Below are positions 7,709-18,078 of a stretch of DNA of 64,000 bases, piece by piece; position 1 is the stretch's first letter, and every line of letters starts with the position of its first letter. Under the pieces are notes generated by a model that saw only the letters and a program-made list of their open reading frames with translations, had not been told where the DNA came from and did not search any database. Made by a program: the position numbers and the translations under genes. The DNA is from Polyangiales bacterium. GTDB taxonomy: Bacteria; Myxococcota_A; Polyangia; Polyangiales; Polyangiaceae. Location of the stretch: assembly GCA_038231275.1 (NCBI GenBank), contig JBBRLQ010000012.1, positions 128,001-192,000 of the forward strand, given 5' to 3'.

Positions 7709-10180
7709 ATGGCCCCCGATCCCGACGCGCTGCTCGACGAGTTCCTCGCCTACGTCGAGAAGAAAGGCCTCACGCTCTACCCCGCGCAAGAGGAGGCCAT
7801 CCTCGAGATCTTCGCGGGCAAGAACGTCATCCTCAACACGCCGACCGGCTCCGGGAAGTCCTTGGTGGCCGCGGCGGTTCACTTCTACGCGAAGGCCACC
7901 GGCAAGCGCTCGTACTACACGTGCCCGATCAAGGCGCTCGTCAGCGAGAAATTCTTTGCACTCTGCAATGATTTCGGCGCCGACGACGTGGGCATGCTCA
8001 CCGGCGACGCCGCCGTGAACCGCGACGCGCCCATCATCTGCTGCACCGCCGAGATCCTCGCCAACATGGCGCTCCGCGAGGGACCCGACGCCAACGTCGA
8101 CTACGTCGTCATGGACGAGTTCCACTACTACTCGGACAAGGACCGCGGCGCGGCGTGGCAGCTCCCGCTCCTCGTCCTTAAGCACGCGCGCTTCCTTTTG
8201 ATGAGCGCGACCCTCGGCGGGACCGATTTTTTCAAGGAGAAGCTCACGCAGCTCACCGGCGTCGAGACGGCGGTAGTCGTCTCCAAGGACCGCCCGGTCC
8301 CCCTCTACTTCGACTACCGCGAGACGCCGCTCCACGAGACGGTGAACGATCTCGTGAGAGCCGGCCGCTTCCCCATCTACGTCGTGTGCTTCACGCAGCG
8401 GATGACCGCCGAAGAAGCGCAGAACCTGATGAGCGTCGATTTCTGTACGAAGGAGGAGAAAAAGGCGATCGCCGAGGACCTCGTCGGCGTCCGCTTCGAC
8501 AGCCCGTACGGCAAGGAGGTCTCGAAGTTCCTCCGGCACGGCGTCGGCCTCCACCACGCGGGGCTCCTCCCCAAGTATCGCCTTCGCGTCGAGAAGCTCG
8601 CGCAGACCGGCAAGCTCAAGATCATCTGCGGCACCGACACGCTCGGCGTCGGCGTGAACATTCCGATTCGCACGGTGCTCTTCACCAAGCTGTGCAAGTA
8701 CGACGGCGAGAAGACGGCGCTCCTGTCGGTCCGCGATTTCATGCAAATCAGCGGGCGTGCGGGGCGAAAGGGGTTCGACGACGCCGGCTTCGTGTGCGCG
8801 CAGGCGCCCGAGCACGTCATCGAGAACCTGCGGATGGAGCAGCGCGCGGCAGGCGACAAGGCGAAGCTCCGCAAGATGGTGAAGCGAAAACCGCCCGACC
8901 GCGGCTACGTACACTGGGACCGGACGACGTTCGACAAGCTCGTCGCCGGCACGCCGGAGCCGCTTCAATCGCGCTTCAAGGTGACGCACGGGATGATCGT
9001 GAACGTCCTCGCGCGCCCCGGCGGCGGGTGCATGGCGCTCTCGCGGCTCATCGCGCGCTCGCACGATCGCCGCGCCGAGCAGCGCATCCAGGGGCGCCTC
9101 GCGATGCAGATGTTCCACTCGCTCGTCGACGCCGGCATCGTCGAAATCGGCGACGATCGCCGCGTCCGCGTGCACGCCGACTTGCAAGACGATTTCTCCC
9201 TCCACCACGCCTTGTCGCTCTACCTGGTCGAGACGGTCGAAAAGATCGATCCCGACCTCGACACCTACGCGCTCGAGATCCTCACGCTCGTCGAATCGAT
9301 CCTCGAGAACCCCGACTTGGTGCTCATGCGCCAGGTCGACAAGCTCAAGACCGTGAAGATGGCGGAGATGAAGGCGGCCGGCGTCGAGTACGAGGAGCGC
9401 ATCGCCGAGCTCGATAAGATCGAGCACCCCAAGCCGAACCGCGACTTCATCTACGACACGTTCAACGCCTTCTCCGCGCGCCATCCGTGGGTCGGCGCCG
9501 AGAACATTCGGCCAAAGTCGATCGGGCGCGACATGATCGAGCAGTACCTCTCCTTCTCGGAGTACGTGAAGGAGTATGGGCTCGAGCGCGGCGAGGGGAT
9601 CCTCCTCCGGTACCTGTCCGACGTGTACAAGACGCTCATCCAGACCGTCCCCGAGTGGGCGAAGGACGAGCGCATCTCGGACATCGTCACGTACTTCGGG
9701 GCGATGATCCGGCAGGTCGACTCGAGCCTCCTCGACGAGTGGGAGAAGATGCGGGATCCGGCCCTGAAGCTCGCCCCGCGCGCGGCGGACGACGACGCGG
9801 ACCGCGCGTACGACGTCACCCGCGACACGCGCGCGTTCACGGTGCTCGTGCGAAACCTCGTGTTCGGCGTGGTGCGCGCGCTGGCCGCGCGAGATTTCGT
9901 TCGCGCCGCGGAGGCGCTGGATCCAGGGGAATTCACGAGCGGAAAGCTCGACGAGGCGATGAGGCCGTTCTGGGAGACGCGGCAGCGCCTACGCATCGAC
10001 CCCGAGGCGCGAAGCCCGGGGAACCTGAAAATCGTGGAGGGGCCGGAGGCCTGGGAGATCACGCAGACCCTCCTCGACACGGCCGAAGAGAACGACTGGT
10101 ATCTCCAAGGCGTCGTCGATCTGGCCAAATCAAGGGCCGCCGGGCGCCCGGTGCTGGCGTTGCGGCATCTCGGAACTTGA
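7709..10180 (+). CDS. Ski2-like DEAD/DEAH-box helicase (DUF3516-type)
   Basis: PTGSGKS, PIKAL, DEFH, MSAT, HHAG and QISGRAGR motifs. Confidence 0.92.
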   Translation: MAPDPDALLDEFLAYVEKKGLTLYPAQEEAILEIFAGKNVILNTPTGSGKSLVAAAVHFYAKATGKRSYYTCPIKALVSEKFFALCNDFGADDVGMLTGDAAVNRDAPIICCTAEILANMALREGPDANVDYVVMDEFHYYSDKDRGAAWQLPLLVLKHARFLLMSATLGGTDFFKEKLTQLTGVETAVVVSKDRPVPLYFDYRETPLHETVNDLVRAGRFPIYVVCFTQRMTAEEAQNLMSVDFCTKEEKKAIAEDLVGVRFDSPYGKEVSKFLRHGVGLHHAGLLPKYRLRVEKLAQTGKLKIICGTDTLGVGVNIPIRTVLFTKLCKYDGEKTALLSVRDFMQISGRAGRKGFDDAGFVCAQAPEHVIENLRMEQRAAGDKAKLRKMVKRKPPDRGYVHWDRTTFDKLVAGTPEPLQSRFKVTHGMIVNVLARPGGGCMALSRLIARSHDRRAEQRIQGRLAMQMFHSLVDAGIVEIGDDRRVRVHADLQDDFSLHHALSLYLVETVEKIDPDLDTYALEILTLVESILENPDLVLMRQVDKLKTVKMAEMKAAGVEYEERIAELDKIEHPKPNRDFIYDTFNAFSARHPWVGAENIRPKSIGRDMIEQYLSFSEYVKEYGLERGEGILLRYLSDVYKTLIQTVPEWAKDERISDIVTYFGAMIRQVDSSLLDEWEKMRDPALKLAPRAADDDADRAYDVTRDTRAFTVLVRNLVFGVVRALAARDFVRAAEALDPGEFTSGKLDEAMRPFWETRQRLRIDPEARSPGNLKIVEGPEAWEITQTLLDTAEENDWYLQGVVDLAKSRAAGRPVLALRHLGT

Positions 10181-10214
10181 GCTCATCGCCACAAGCGGAT
10201 ACGAACTTAACCTC

Positions 10215-10949
10215 GTGGCAACCCACCGCATTCGGCCCCTCCTCGTCCTCCTCGGCTCCCTCCTTCTGGCCACGCTCGCCGTCGGCTGCAAGAAGAAGGC
10301 GGGCGACAAGTGCAAGCCCGACCAGATGGCCTGCGTCGATCCGACGACGGCGCTCATCTGCGTGAGCGGCACCTTCGTGCCGATGCAGTGCCGCGGCACC
10401 GCTGGCTGCGCGGGGGCGGGCGAGGCAGTCACCTGCGACAACAAATTCGCGCAGGTGGGGGACGGCTGCAACAAGGAGACAAGCGATCTCGCCTGCGCGA
10501 TGGACAAGAAGGGCGAGCTCCGCTGCAAGGACAACAAGCTCGTCCTCGCCTCCGGCTGCCGCGGCGCCAAGGGCTGCTACTGGGAGACGACGACGCTCCA
10601 CTGCGACACCGACATCGCCGACCTCGCCGACCCGTGCGAGGACGACGCGGATCTCGCGTGCGCGGTGGACGGCAAGTCCCTCCTCAAATGCGCGAAGGAC
10701 AAGTACGTCGTCGAGAACACCTGCAAGGGCCCCAAGAGCTGCAAGGTCGAGGGCACGAAGGTGCACTGCGACGACGACATGGCCGACGTCGGCGATCCCT
10801 GCGCGACCGAGGGCGATCTCGCGTGCTCGATGGACAAGAAGCAGCTCCTCAGCTGCCACGACCACAAGTTCAAGGTCGACCAGGCCTGCAAGCGCGGCTG
10901 CTCGTACGTCGAAAAAGACGACAAAACAACCTTCGATTGTAAACCGTAG
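10215..10949 (+). CDS. Cys-rich repeat lipoprotein
   Basis: LAVGC lipobox; about 4 imperfect ~50-aa repeats of GD.C...DLAC..D.K..L.C....C.G.K.C....HCD. Confidence 0.8.
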   Translation: MATHRIRPLLVLLGSLLLATLAVGCKKKAGDKCKPDQMACVDPTTALICVSGTFVPMQCRGTAGCAGAGEAVTCDNKFAQVGDGCNKETSDLACAMDKKGELRCKDNKLVLASGCRGAKGCYWETTTLHCDTDIADLADPCEDDADLACAVDGKSLLKCAKDKYVVENTCKGPKSCKVEGTKVHCDDDMADVGDPCATEGDLACSMDKKQLLSCHDHKFKVDQACKRGCSYVEKDDKTTFDCKP

Positions 10950-10994
10950 ACCGCGGCGCAATCCGCCGCCTTCGCTGCGGACTACGTCCTACGA

Positions 10995-12311
10995 GTGGAT
11001 GAGCGACGCCGCACAGGCGATAGTGGGCAGGTGCGCGCGACGATCCACGACGCGACCGGCCCCCAGATGACGCGGTGGCTCGTGCCGGCGATCGCCTTGG
11101 TGGTCGTGCTGGTCTGGCTCTTTGGCGCGGTGGGCCAGGTGTGGGGTGCGGGTGCCGTCCCTTGCGTCGCGGTCATCGTTGCGCTCGTCGCGCCGTGGAT
11201 CCCGGGGCGCTTTCGTGCGCGCGCCACCGAGGTGACGCCGCTGCCGGGCCGCCTCGTCCTTCGCGGCGCCGGCCGGCTCTCGCAGTCGATCGAGGCCACC
11301 GACGTCCTGGCGGCATCGTCGGCGCGAACCGCACGCGGATTCGGCCTCGCCATGCAATGCCGCGGGCATGGCGCGGCGCCCATCCACCTCGAGTTCGAGA
11401 CCGAGGCTGACCTGCGCCGCGCGCTCGAGGCCATCGGGATCACCCGACGTGCGTTCGGCATGCTCAGCTGGACTACGCATCCGCTGTTCGTCGACAAGCT
11501 CGGGCCGCTCGCCCTCGTCGCGTCCGTCGGCCTCTGGACCGCGCTCGCCATGCGGGTGCTCCTCGACGTAGCGGCGCGAACCGAGGCTCAGCTGGGCACG
11601 AGCATCAGCCTGCTCCTCGGCGGAGCGCTGCTCGGGTCGCTCGCGTTCGCGGCGATTGCTCAGCGCTTCGTGGCGCAGCTCGCGATGACCACGCACGGAT
11701 TGATCGTCCAGGTGGAGGGCGGCTACGCGGTCACGATTCCGTACGCCACGATCGCTTCCGTGGCCGAAGAGAGAGGCTGGCTGGTCGTGCGGACGCTCGA
11801 CGGCCGCGCCTGCCGCACCAAGCTGCAGCTCGCGCGGCGCGGGCGCTTTTCGATGTCGCGCGAGGAGCTCACGCAGGCCACGGACCAGGTCATGGCCGCC
11901 GCCGGGCGCGCGCGAGGCGAAGTGGCGCCGCGGCCCGACGAAGGCTCGGTCGCCTCGCTGGCACGCGCGGCCGGCGAAACGGTGCGCGCGTGGCTCGAGC
12001 GACTCGAGGTCGCCGCCGCGCAGTACGCCGACGGTAGCGGCTACCGTGGTGCCGGGCCGGCCGCGGCCGATCTGTGGAACGTCCTCGCGGATCACGACGC
12101 GAGCGTCGATCTGCGGTGCGCGGCCGCCCGGCTGCTCATGCGCGTAGCCGGCCCGGACGAGCGTCCCCGCATCGACGCGATCGCAGGCTCGGTGCGCGAC
12201 TCCAAGACGCGCGTCCTTCTTCGCGTCGCCGTGGAGCCGGTCCTGGACAGCGCGGCGCAGGAGCTCGAAGAGCTCGAGGAGCAGGACCTCCTCGCACGGG
12301 AAGAGCGATAA
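10995..12311 (+). CDS. Hypothetical membrane protein (start uncertain)
   Basis: About 4 TM segments, PH-like stretches, helical HEAT-like C-terminus. Confidence 0.65.
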   Translation: MDERRRTGDSGQVRATIHDATGPQMTRWLVPAIALVVVLVWLFGAVGQVWGAGAVPCVAVIVALVAPWIPGRFRARATEVTPLPGRLVLRGAGRLSQSIEATDVLAASSARTARGFGLAMQCRGHGAAPIHLEFETEADLRRALEAIGITRRAFGMLSWTTHPLFVDKLGPLALVASVGLWTALAMRVLLDVAARTEAQLGTSISLLLGGALLGSLAFAAIAQRFVAQLAMTTHGLIVQVEGGYAVTIPYATIASVAEERGWLVVRTLDGRACRTKLQLARRGRFSMSREELTQATDQVMAAAGRARGEVAPRPDEGSVASLARAAGETVRAWLERLEVAAAQYADGSGYRGAGPAAADLWNVLADHDASVDLRCAAARLLMRVAGPDERPRIDAIAGSVRDSKTRVLLRVAVEPVLDSAAQELEELEEQDLLAREER

Positions 12312-12321
12312 ACTTTGACCC

Positions 12322-12519
12322 GTGGAGAAGGACGACCCGTTCTGCTCGTTCTGCGGCAAAGAGAAGGCAGACGTGCGGAAGCTCATCGCGGGCGGGGGCC
12401 CCGCACTGCGCCATATGTCCCATTTGCGCGGACGCGCGACGCCGCTCGTCTTCATCTGCAACGAATGCATCGAGCTATGCGTGCAGATCGTCGCCCCCGA
12501 GCCCGACGTCGGATCTTGA
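12322..12519 (+). CDS. Stand-alone ClpX C4-type zinc-finger protein
   Basis: CSFCGK...VRKLIAG...[10 protein letters not shown] matches the ClpX N-terminal zinc-binding domain; no AAA+ domain follows. Confidence 0.85.
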   Translation: MEKDDPFCSFCGKEKADVRKLIAGGGPALRHMSHLRGRATPLVFICNECIELCVQIVAPEPDVGS

Positions 12520-12571
12520 CCCCTCCCTGAGGCGACGTCTTCGTCGCCGATTTGGGAGGGGTCAAGATCCG
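12510..12571. repeat. Perfect 18-bp inverted repeat with inner hairpin (terminator or REP-like element)
   Basis: CGGATCTTGACCCCTCCC (12510-27) pairs with GGGAGGGGTCAAGATCCG (12554-71); inner GGCGACG-tctt-CGTCGCC; lies between convergent genes. Confidence 0.7.
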
Positions 12572-12634
12572 GCGCAGCCGCGGCGGGGGTGGGCACCGAT
12601 TGCCTCTCTCTACTCCCCTCTCCTTCTTTTAGCT

Positions 12635-13528
12635 CTAAGGCGTGAGGCGGAGGGAGACGTCCGCAGCACGGACCCTACCCAGGACGAAAAACGCCGCGTC
12701 GAGGGCGCGTTCGGTGGGCTCGAAGCTCCAGCGGAGGATGGCGTGGCCGTCTTGGACGACGAGCTCGGGGACGTCGTCGTGGGCGATGGCGAGGAGAGAG
12801 GCGCGGACGGGCGGGGAGAGGATACGCGCGGCTTGGGCGGCGTCGCCTTCGACGATGAAGCGGTCGTCGAAATCCGGATCGTTCGTGAGCAGGGCGTGGA
12901 ATAGACCGACCTGGCGGGCCAGGGTTTGGCTCCAGGACTCCGGCGCGACGCGGACCTTGGAGGCGCCGCGCGCCACGCTCGTGCCGATCTGCACATGCGG
13001 CTCGAGGGGCCGGTCGCGGCTGACGAAGCACTCCACGAGGAGTGAGATCGGGGACTGCATCGCCGTGAGGCGCGCGCGGAAGGCGAACTCGTCGAGGGCC
13101 TCGAGCTCGGCGCGGGGATCGTGGCGGGCGACGACGCGGGCGAGGACGGCGCCGACGGTCGTGAGCGACTCGCTCATCTGGAGACCCCACCCCGCGCCCC
13201 ACACGCGGGACGGCGCGCGCGCGAGCTCCGGGGCCTCGGGGGGCAGCGCGCGCAGCTCGCGCTCGAGCGCGGGGACCAACGCCAGCGCTTCGTCGAGCAG
13301 CGCCAGGTAGGCCGCCTCTCGCTCTTCCTCGCGCGAGAGCTCCTCGAACGCTTCGCCGACGTGCGACCGGGCCGTTCGCGCGGTCGCAATGCGGTGTTGC
13401 AGATCGAGCGGGAGGAAGTGGACCAAATCGACGGTGACCCGGTGCTCGTGCTCGGCGATGCGCGCGACGAGATCGGCGATCCGCGCGCGCAGCCCGAGGA
13501 GCGCGTCGCGGTAAATCCCCTCGCCCAC
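12635..13528 (-). CDS. Hypothetical protein (N-terminal coiled coil, DUF3137-like C-terminus)
   Basis: GTG just after the MFS stop; the DPDFDDRFIV motif is typical of DUF3137-like domains. Confidence 0.6.
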   Translation of the reverse strand: MGEGIYRDALLGLRARIADLVARIAEHEHRVTVDLVHFLPLDLQHRIATARTARSHVGEAFEELSREEEREAAYLALLDEALALVPALERELRALPPEAPELARAPSRVWGAGWGLQMSESLTTVGAVLARVVARHDPRAELEALDEFAFRARLTAMQSPISLLVECFVSRDRPLEPHVQIGTSVARGASKVRVAPESWSQTLARQVGLFHALLTNDPDFDDRFIVEGDAAQAARILSPPVRASLLAIAHDDVPELVVQDGHAILRWSFEPTERALDAAFFVLGRVRAADVSLRLTP

Positions 13529-13532
13529 GCGT

Positions 13533-14738
13533 TCAGCGTACCAGAGGTAGCAAGGGGTCCTCTCCGGCTGAGTCGAGGTCCTCGGCGCGCGGGAACACGA
13601 GGAGCACCGGGACGAGCGACGCGACGCCGAGCACGGTCGCAAGCGCGAAGTGCCCCGCGTAGCCGAACGCCGCTGCGCTGTAGCCGCTCACCGTTGCCGC
13701 CGCTCCGTTGGCGATGACGACGGCGCTCGCCTGCACGGTGTAGTCGGTGGCGCTGGTGGCGGGGCGCGACCAGTCCATCATCGCCGTGAAGAGCGCTGCC
13801 GTGGCCGCGCCCGAGGCGAAGTGCTCGATGCCGCACAGCGCCGTGAGTATGGTCCGATCGGGCGCTCCGCGCGCGGCGACGGCATAGAGCGCGACGGTGA
13901 TCGTCTGGAGCACGCCGAAGACGAGCATCGCGCGCCGCCGGCCGAGGCGATTGACGACCGCGCCGCCGAACATCGCGCCGAGGAGGCCGGCAACGAAGCC
14001 CACCGTGCCCAGCATCCATCCGACATCGGCGAGCGTCATTCCGCTGTCGGCGAGGTACGGCCGCAGCATGCCCGCCGCGAGGGCCTCGGCGACCTTGTAC
14101 GTGAGCACGATGAGCAAGATCCGCCACGCGCCACGCCGCGTGAAGAAGTGGAAGAAGTGCGGCGGCGTGCGCGCGCCCGTCCCCCTCGCGCGCGGCGGCT
14201 CTTTGGACAAGGCGATGGGCACGCTCGCGACGACGACGATCGCCGCCATCGCGAGGAACGTGACGGTCCAGCCGAGGCGCTCGTGGAAGATGAGCAGGAC
14301 CCCCCCGCCCAAGATCATCCCCACGCGATAGCCCGCGACCTGCACCCCGTTCGCGAGTCCACGCTCCTTGTCGGCCAGCATGTCCACCGCGAGCCCGTCG
14401 GTCGCGATGTCCTGCGTCGCGCAGAAGAGGTTCGTGAGCAGCACCGACGCGAGCACCATCGCGAACGCGTCCTTCACGATCGCCGTCACGACGAGCGTGA
14501 GCGCCGTCAGGAATTGGAGCGGCAGGATCCACGATTTTCGCGTGCCGTACCGGTCGACGTACGGCGACCACACGAACTTGAGCGCCCACGGCAGCGCGAG
14601 GAGCGACGAGAGGCCGATCGCCTCGAGGCTCATGCCTCGCTTTCGCATGATGAGCGGCAGCGCCTGCGTGAAGAAGCCGAACGGAAGCCCCTGCGAGAGG
14701 TACAGCGACGCGAGCAGCCCCAGGCGTCGCCAGCTCAT
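13533..14738 (-). CDS. MFS transporter, AmpG/RhtX/FptX family
   Basis: LYLSQGLPFG, LPWALKFVWSPYVD and ATQDIATDG motifs. Confidence 0.9.
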   Translation of the reverse strand: MSWRRLGLLASLYLSQGLPFGFFTQALPLIMRKRGMSLEAIGLSSLLALPWALKFVWSPYVDRYGTRKSWILPLQFLTALTLVVTAIVKDAFAMVLASVLLTNLFCATQDIATDGLAVDMLADKERGLANGVQVAGYRVGMILGGGVLLIFHERLGWTVTFLAMAAIVVVASVPIALSKEPPRARGTGARTPPHFFHFFTRRGAWRILLIVLTYKVAEALAAGMLRPYLADSGMTLADVGWMLGTVGFVAGLLGAMFGGAVVNRLGRRRAMLVFGVLQTITVALYAVAARGAPDRTILTALCGIEHFASGAATAALFTAMMDWSRPATSATDYTVQASAVVIANGAAATVSGYSAAAFGYAGHFALATVLGVASLVPVLLVFPRAEDLDSAGEDPLLPLVR

Positions 14739-14771
14739 CGTGTGCAGACTACACCTTCGAGATCCGACGTG

Positions 14772-16394
14772 TCAGGATCGAATGCCCGGCGCCTCGTGTC
14801 CGCTGGCGCTCACGTACTCGTTGTAGCCGCCGCCGTAGACGACCGGCTTGCCCTCGCCGAGCTCCAGCACGCGGTTGGACAGCGCGGCGAGGAAGCGGCG
14901 ATCGTGCGACACGAAGAGCATCGTGCCCTCGAAGTCCGCGAGCGCCTTCACCAGCATGTCCTTCGTGTCCATGTCGAGGTGGTTGGTCGGCTCGTCGAGG
15001 ACGAGGAAGTTCGGCGGGTCGTAGAGCATCTTCGCGAGGACGACGCGCGCCTTCTCGCCGCCCGAGAGGATGCGGCAGCGCTTCTCGACGTCGTCCCCCG
15101 AGAAGCCGAACGCGCCGGCGAGCGAGCGCATCGAACCGATGGTCGCGAGGGGGAAGGCGTCCTGGAGCGTCTCGAAGACGGTGCGCTCGGGATCGAGGAG
15201 ATCCATCGTGTGCTGCGCGAAGTAGGCCATCTTCACGCTCGCGCCGACCTTGACCGCGCCGGAGTCGGCGGTGGTCGCGCCGGCGATGAGCTTCAGGAGC
15301 GTGGATTTTCCCGCGCCGTTCACGCCCATCACGCACCAGCGCTCCGTGCGGCGGATGAGGAGATCGAAGCCGTCGTAGATGACCTTCGTGCCGTAGCCCT
15401 TCTTGACGTCGGCGAGGCTCGCCACGTCCTCACCGGAGCGCGGCGGCGGGCGAAAGTCGAACTCGACGACCTTTCGCGTGCGCGGGGGCTCGACGCGCTC
15501 GATCTTGTCGAGCTTCTTCACGCGCGACTGCACCTGCGCCGCGTGCGACGCGCGCGCCTTGAAGCGGTCGATGAAGCGCTGCTCCTTCTGGAGCATCGCC
15601 TGCTGTCGCTCGAACTGCGCTTGCTGGTTGCGATCCGCGATGGCGCGCTGCTGCGCGTAAAATTCGAAGTTGCCCGAGTACTCCGTGAGCTCGCCGGCGT
15701 CGATCTCGAGGATCTTGTTCACGACGCGGTTCATCATCTCGCGATCGTGCGACGTCATGACGAGCGCGCCCTCGTACTCCTTGAGGAAGTGCTCGAGCCA
15801 GATGATCGACTCGATGTCGAGGTGGTTGGTCGGCTCGTCGAGGAGGAGGCAGTCGGGGCGCATGAGGAGGATGCGGGCAAGCGCGACGCGCATCTTCCAG
15901 CCGCCCGAGAGGTTGCCGACGTCGCCGTCCATCACTTCGTTCGAGAAGCCGAGGCCGGCCAAGATCTCGCGCGCCTTCGCGTCGAGGGCGTAGCCGCCGA
16001 GCTCGTCGAAGCGCGCCTGCGCATGGCCGTAGCGATCGACGAGCGCCTCCATGTCGCCCGCTTGCTCGGGATCGGCCATCGCGACCTCGAGGTGCGCGAG
16101 CTCCGCGGCGGCTTCCGAGACGGGTCCGGCGCCATCCAGCGTGGCGGCCACGACGCTCATGCCCTTCATCTCGCCGGTGTCCTGCGAGAAGTAGCCAATG
16201 GTGATGCCCTTGTCGACGGCGACCTGGCCCTCGTCCGGCGCCTCTTCTTTGGTGATCATGCGGAAGATGGTGGTCTTCCCCGAGCCGTTGGGGCCGACGA
16301 GTCCGACCTTGTCGCCTTTGAAGATCGCCGCTTGCGCCTCCATGAGGAGAATCTGTCGCCCGTGCCGTTTTCCGATGCCGTCGAGACGAATCAC
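14772..16394 (-). CDS. ABC-F family ATP-binding protein
   Basis: Two ABC domains (GPNGSGKT/LSGG/LDEPTNHLD twice) and no TM segments. Confidence 0.95.
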   Translation of the reverse strand: MIRLDGIGKRHGRQILLMEAQAAIFKGDKVGLVGPNGSGKTTIFRMITKEEAPDEGQVAVDKGITIGYFSQDTGEMKGMSVVAATLDGAGPVSEAAAELAHLEVAMADPEQAGDMEALVDRYGHAQARFDELGGYALDAKAREILAGLGFSNEVMDGDVGNLSGGWKMRVALARILLMRPDCLLLDEPTNHLDIESIIWLEHFLKEYEGALVMTSHDREMMNRVVNKILEIDAGELTEYSGNFEFYAQQRAIADRNQQAQFERQQAMLQKEQRFIDRFKARASHAAQVQSRVKKLDKIERVEPPRTRKVVEFDFRPPPRSGEDVASLADVKKGYGTKVIYDGFDLLIRRTERWCVMGVNGAGKSTLLKLIAGATTADSGAVKVGASVKMAYFAQHTMDLLDPERTVFETLQDAFPLATIGSMRSLAGAFGFSGDDVEKRCRILSGGEKARVVLAKMLYDPPNFLVLDEPTNHLDMDTKDMLVKALADFEGTMLFVSHDRRFLAALSNRVLELGEGKPVVYGGGYNEYVSASGHEAPGIRS

Positions 16395-16413
16395 GCGGCT
16401 TCCCTACCACGGC

Positions 16414-16962
16414 TCACGGCGGCTCGCCGAGGATCTCTTCGCGCAGGCGCTTCACCGCGTGGTGGTAGTTCGCGCGCGCGGACTCTTCCGTGCAGTCGGC
16501 GATCGCGGCGACCGCCTTGAAGCTCATCTCGTGGACGAGGCGAAGCTCGACGACGAGGCGCTGCTTCGGCGGGAGCGTCGCGAGCGCGGCGCCGAGCTTG
16601 GCCCGGGCCTCGCGCGCCGCCATGCGTCCGGTGCCGAGCGCGTTGGTGATGAACTCGACCTCTTCGATCGAGACCGAGCGGCCGCGCTTCGCGTCGCGCG
16701 TGTAGTTCTTCGCCGCGTTGACGGCGATGCGGTGGAGCCACGTCTCGAGGCGCGCCTCGCCGCGGAACGACGCGAGGGCGCGCAGCGCGAGGAGGAACGT
16801 CTGCTGCGCGAGGTCCTCGGCCTCGGCGTCGCTGTCCACGTAGCCGCGCACGACGGCGAGGATGGCGCCGCGGTGGCGCGTGACGACCTCCGCGAACGCG
16901 GCGCGATCGCCCGAGACGATCCGCGCGACGAGGCCCGCGTCGGGATCGTCGGCGGTCACCAC
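16414..16962 (-). CDS. ECF RNA polymerase sigma factor
   Basis: AEDLAQQTF, FRGEA...TWLHRIAVN, region-4 HTH. Confidence 0.9.
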   Translation of the reverse strand: MVTADDPDAGLVARIVSGDRAAFAEVVTRHRGAILAVVRGYVDSDAEAEDLAQQTFLLALRALASFRGEARLETWLHRIAVNAAKNYTRDAKRGRSVSIEEVEFITNALGTGRMAAREARAKLGAALATLPPKQRLVVELRLVHEMSFKAVAAIADCTEESARANYHHAVKRLREEILGEPP

Positions 16963-17957
16963 AAGATGTCCTGGTCCTCGGTGACGCCGAGCACGCCGTC
17001 GAGCGTGAGCGCCCGGCCTCCGGGGACGTGGACGGTGCCGGAGTAGCCTCCCGCAGGCTGCACGAAGCGCGACGCGACGATCCCGAAGTTCGTGCGCTCG
17101 ACGTGCGCGCCGCCTGGGGAGAACGAGAGGTCGAGCACGTCGTCAGCCGTGCGGAGGCGCCACGGCTCGAGCGGACGCGCGGGGTCGAAGTCGAAGCGGC
17201 CCTCGCCGAGCGGGAAGAGGTCTCCATCGACCCACAGCGCGCACTCGGGCGCGGCCACGGAGCCATCGACGACGTTGAACGCGACGCGCTCGCCGGTCTT
17301 CGCGCGGCCGAGGGCGAAGGCCCAGCGCCACTTCGTGCGCCGCTCGAGGTGGCCGTTCGTGTAGTCGTAGCCGCCGAGCGCGCCGTCGAGGGAGCGGCGG
17401 TCGCCGGCGACGCGCACTTCGCCGGTGACCGAGAGGAGTGGACGCTTCTCGGTCGCGATGCCGCGCCCGCCGGGCATGGACGCGATGGCTGTGATGGCCT
17501 CCGGCGCGCCGATGGTGTCCATGCGCGCGCTCAGCGTGACGTCGCGCACCTTCGCGTCGATCACGTACGCGGACGAGCCCGGCGCGCGGGTCACGTCGAT
17601 GGCCACGCGGGGTGCACGAAAGCGCGCGCGGCAGCCCTCAGCCGCTGCGTCACCGACGTCGCAGTGCAGCGGCGTCGTCAGCACCCCGTGATCGGCGAGC
17701 ATGCGGCGCGCGCGGGCGTCGTAGACGAAGAGGAACCCGTTCGCCACGTACCCGAGGCGCACGACCGCGAAGCCGACGTAGACCTCCTCGGTCGCGATGC
17801 CCACGTAAAGCCACTTCTTGTGTCGCGCGATGCGCCGCAGCGGGCCGCCCAGCGACGTCAGGTCGACGGCGCGAACGCCGCCCCGGTACGCGCCGGCACG
17901 AAGAGTGCGCGTGACGGGGTCGACGACGGAGTCCGGAGCGGGGCCGAGTGTGCGCAC
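16956..17957 (-). CDS. DUF2804-family protein
   Basis: KKWLY, DYTNGHLERRTKWRWA and FVQP.G.YSG...GVTEDQ..W pattern. Confidence 0.75.
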   Translation of the reverse strand: MRTLGPAPDSVVDPVTRTLRAGAYRGGVRAVDLTSLGGPLRRIARHKKWLYVGIATEEVYVGFAVVRLGYVANGFLFVYDARARRMLADHGVLTTPLHCDVGDAAAEGCRARFRAPRVAIDVTRAPGSSAYVIDAKVRDVTLSARMDTIGAPEAITAIASMPGGRGIATEKRPLLSVTGEVRVAGDRRSLDGALGGYDYTNGHLERRTKWRWAFALGRAKTGERVAFNVVDGSVAAPECALWVDGDLFPLGEGRFDFDPARPLEPWRLRTADDVLDLSFSPGGAHVERTNFGIVASRFVQPAGGYSGTVHVPGGRALTLDGVLGVTEDQDILW

Positions 17958-18078
17958 CCCGCCATCGTAGCCTCACACGCCAAGCTTCGAGAGCAGGAAC
18001 GGCCGCTGCGACGCGCGTGTCACGTGGAGAAGACAGCGGCTTGCGCCCACGGGGAGCGGCGTTCGATACTCGGAGTAG

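Noticed and set aside
7709..10180. Helicase next to the TA pair as an anti-phage defence island
   Set aside because: It looks like a housekeeping Ski2-like/DUF3516 helicase with host-like codon usage and no nuclease or other defence partners.
13650..16520. 956-aa plus-strand ORF (and similar long ORFs at 3198-5741, 7607-9484, 41760-44507, 46762-48747)
   Set aside because: These are antisense shadows of well-supported genes; stop codons are rare in off-frames at this GC content, and the translations are Arg-rich with no motifs.
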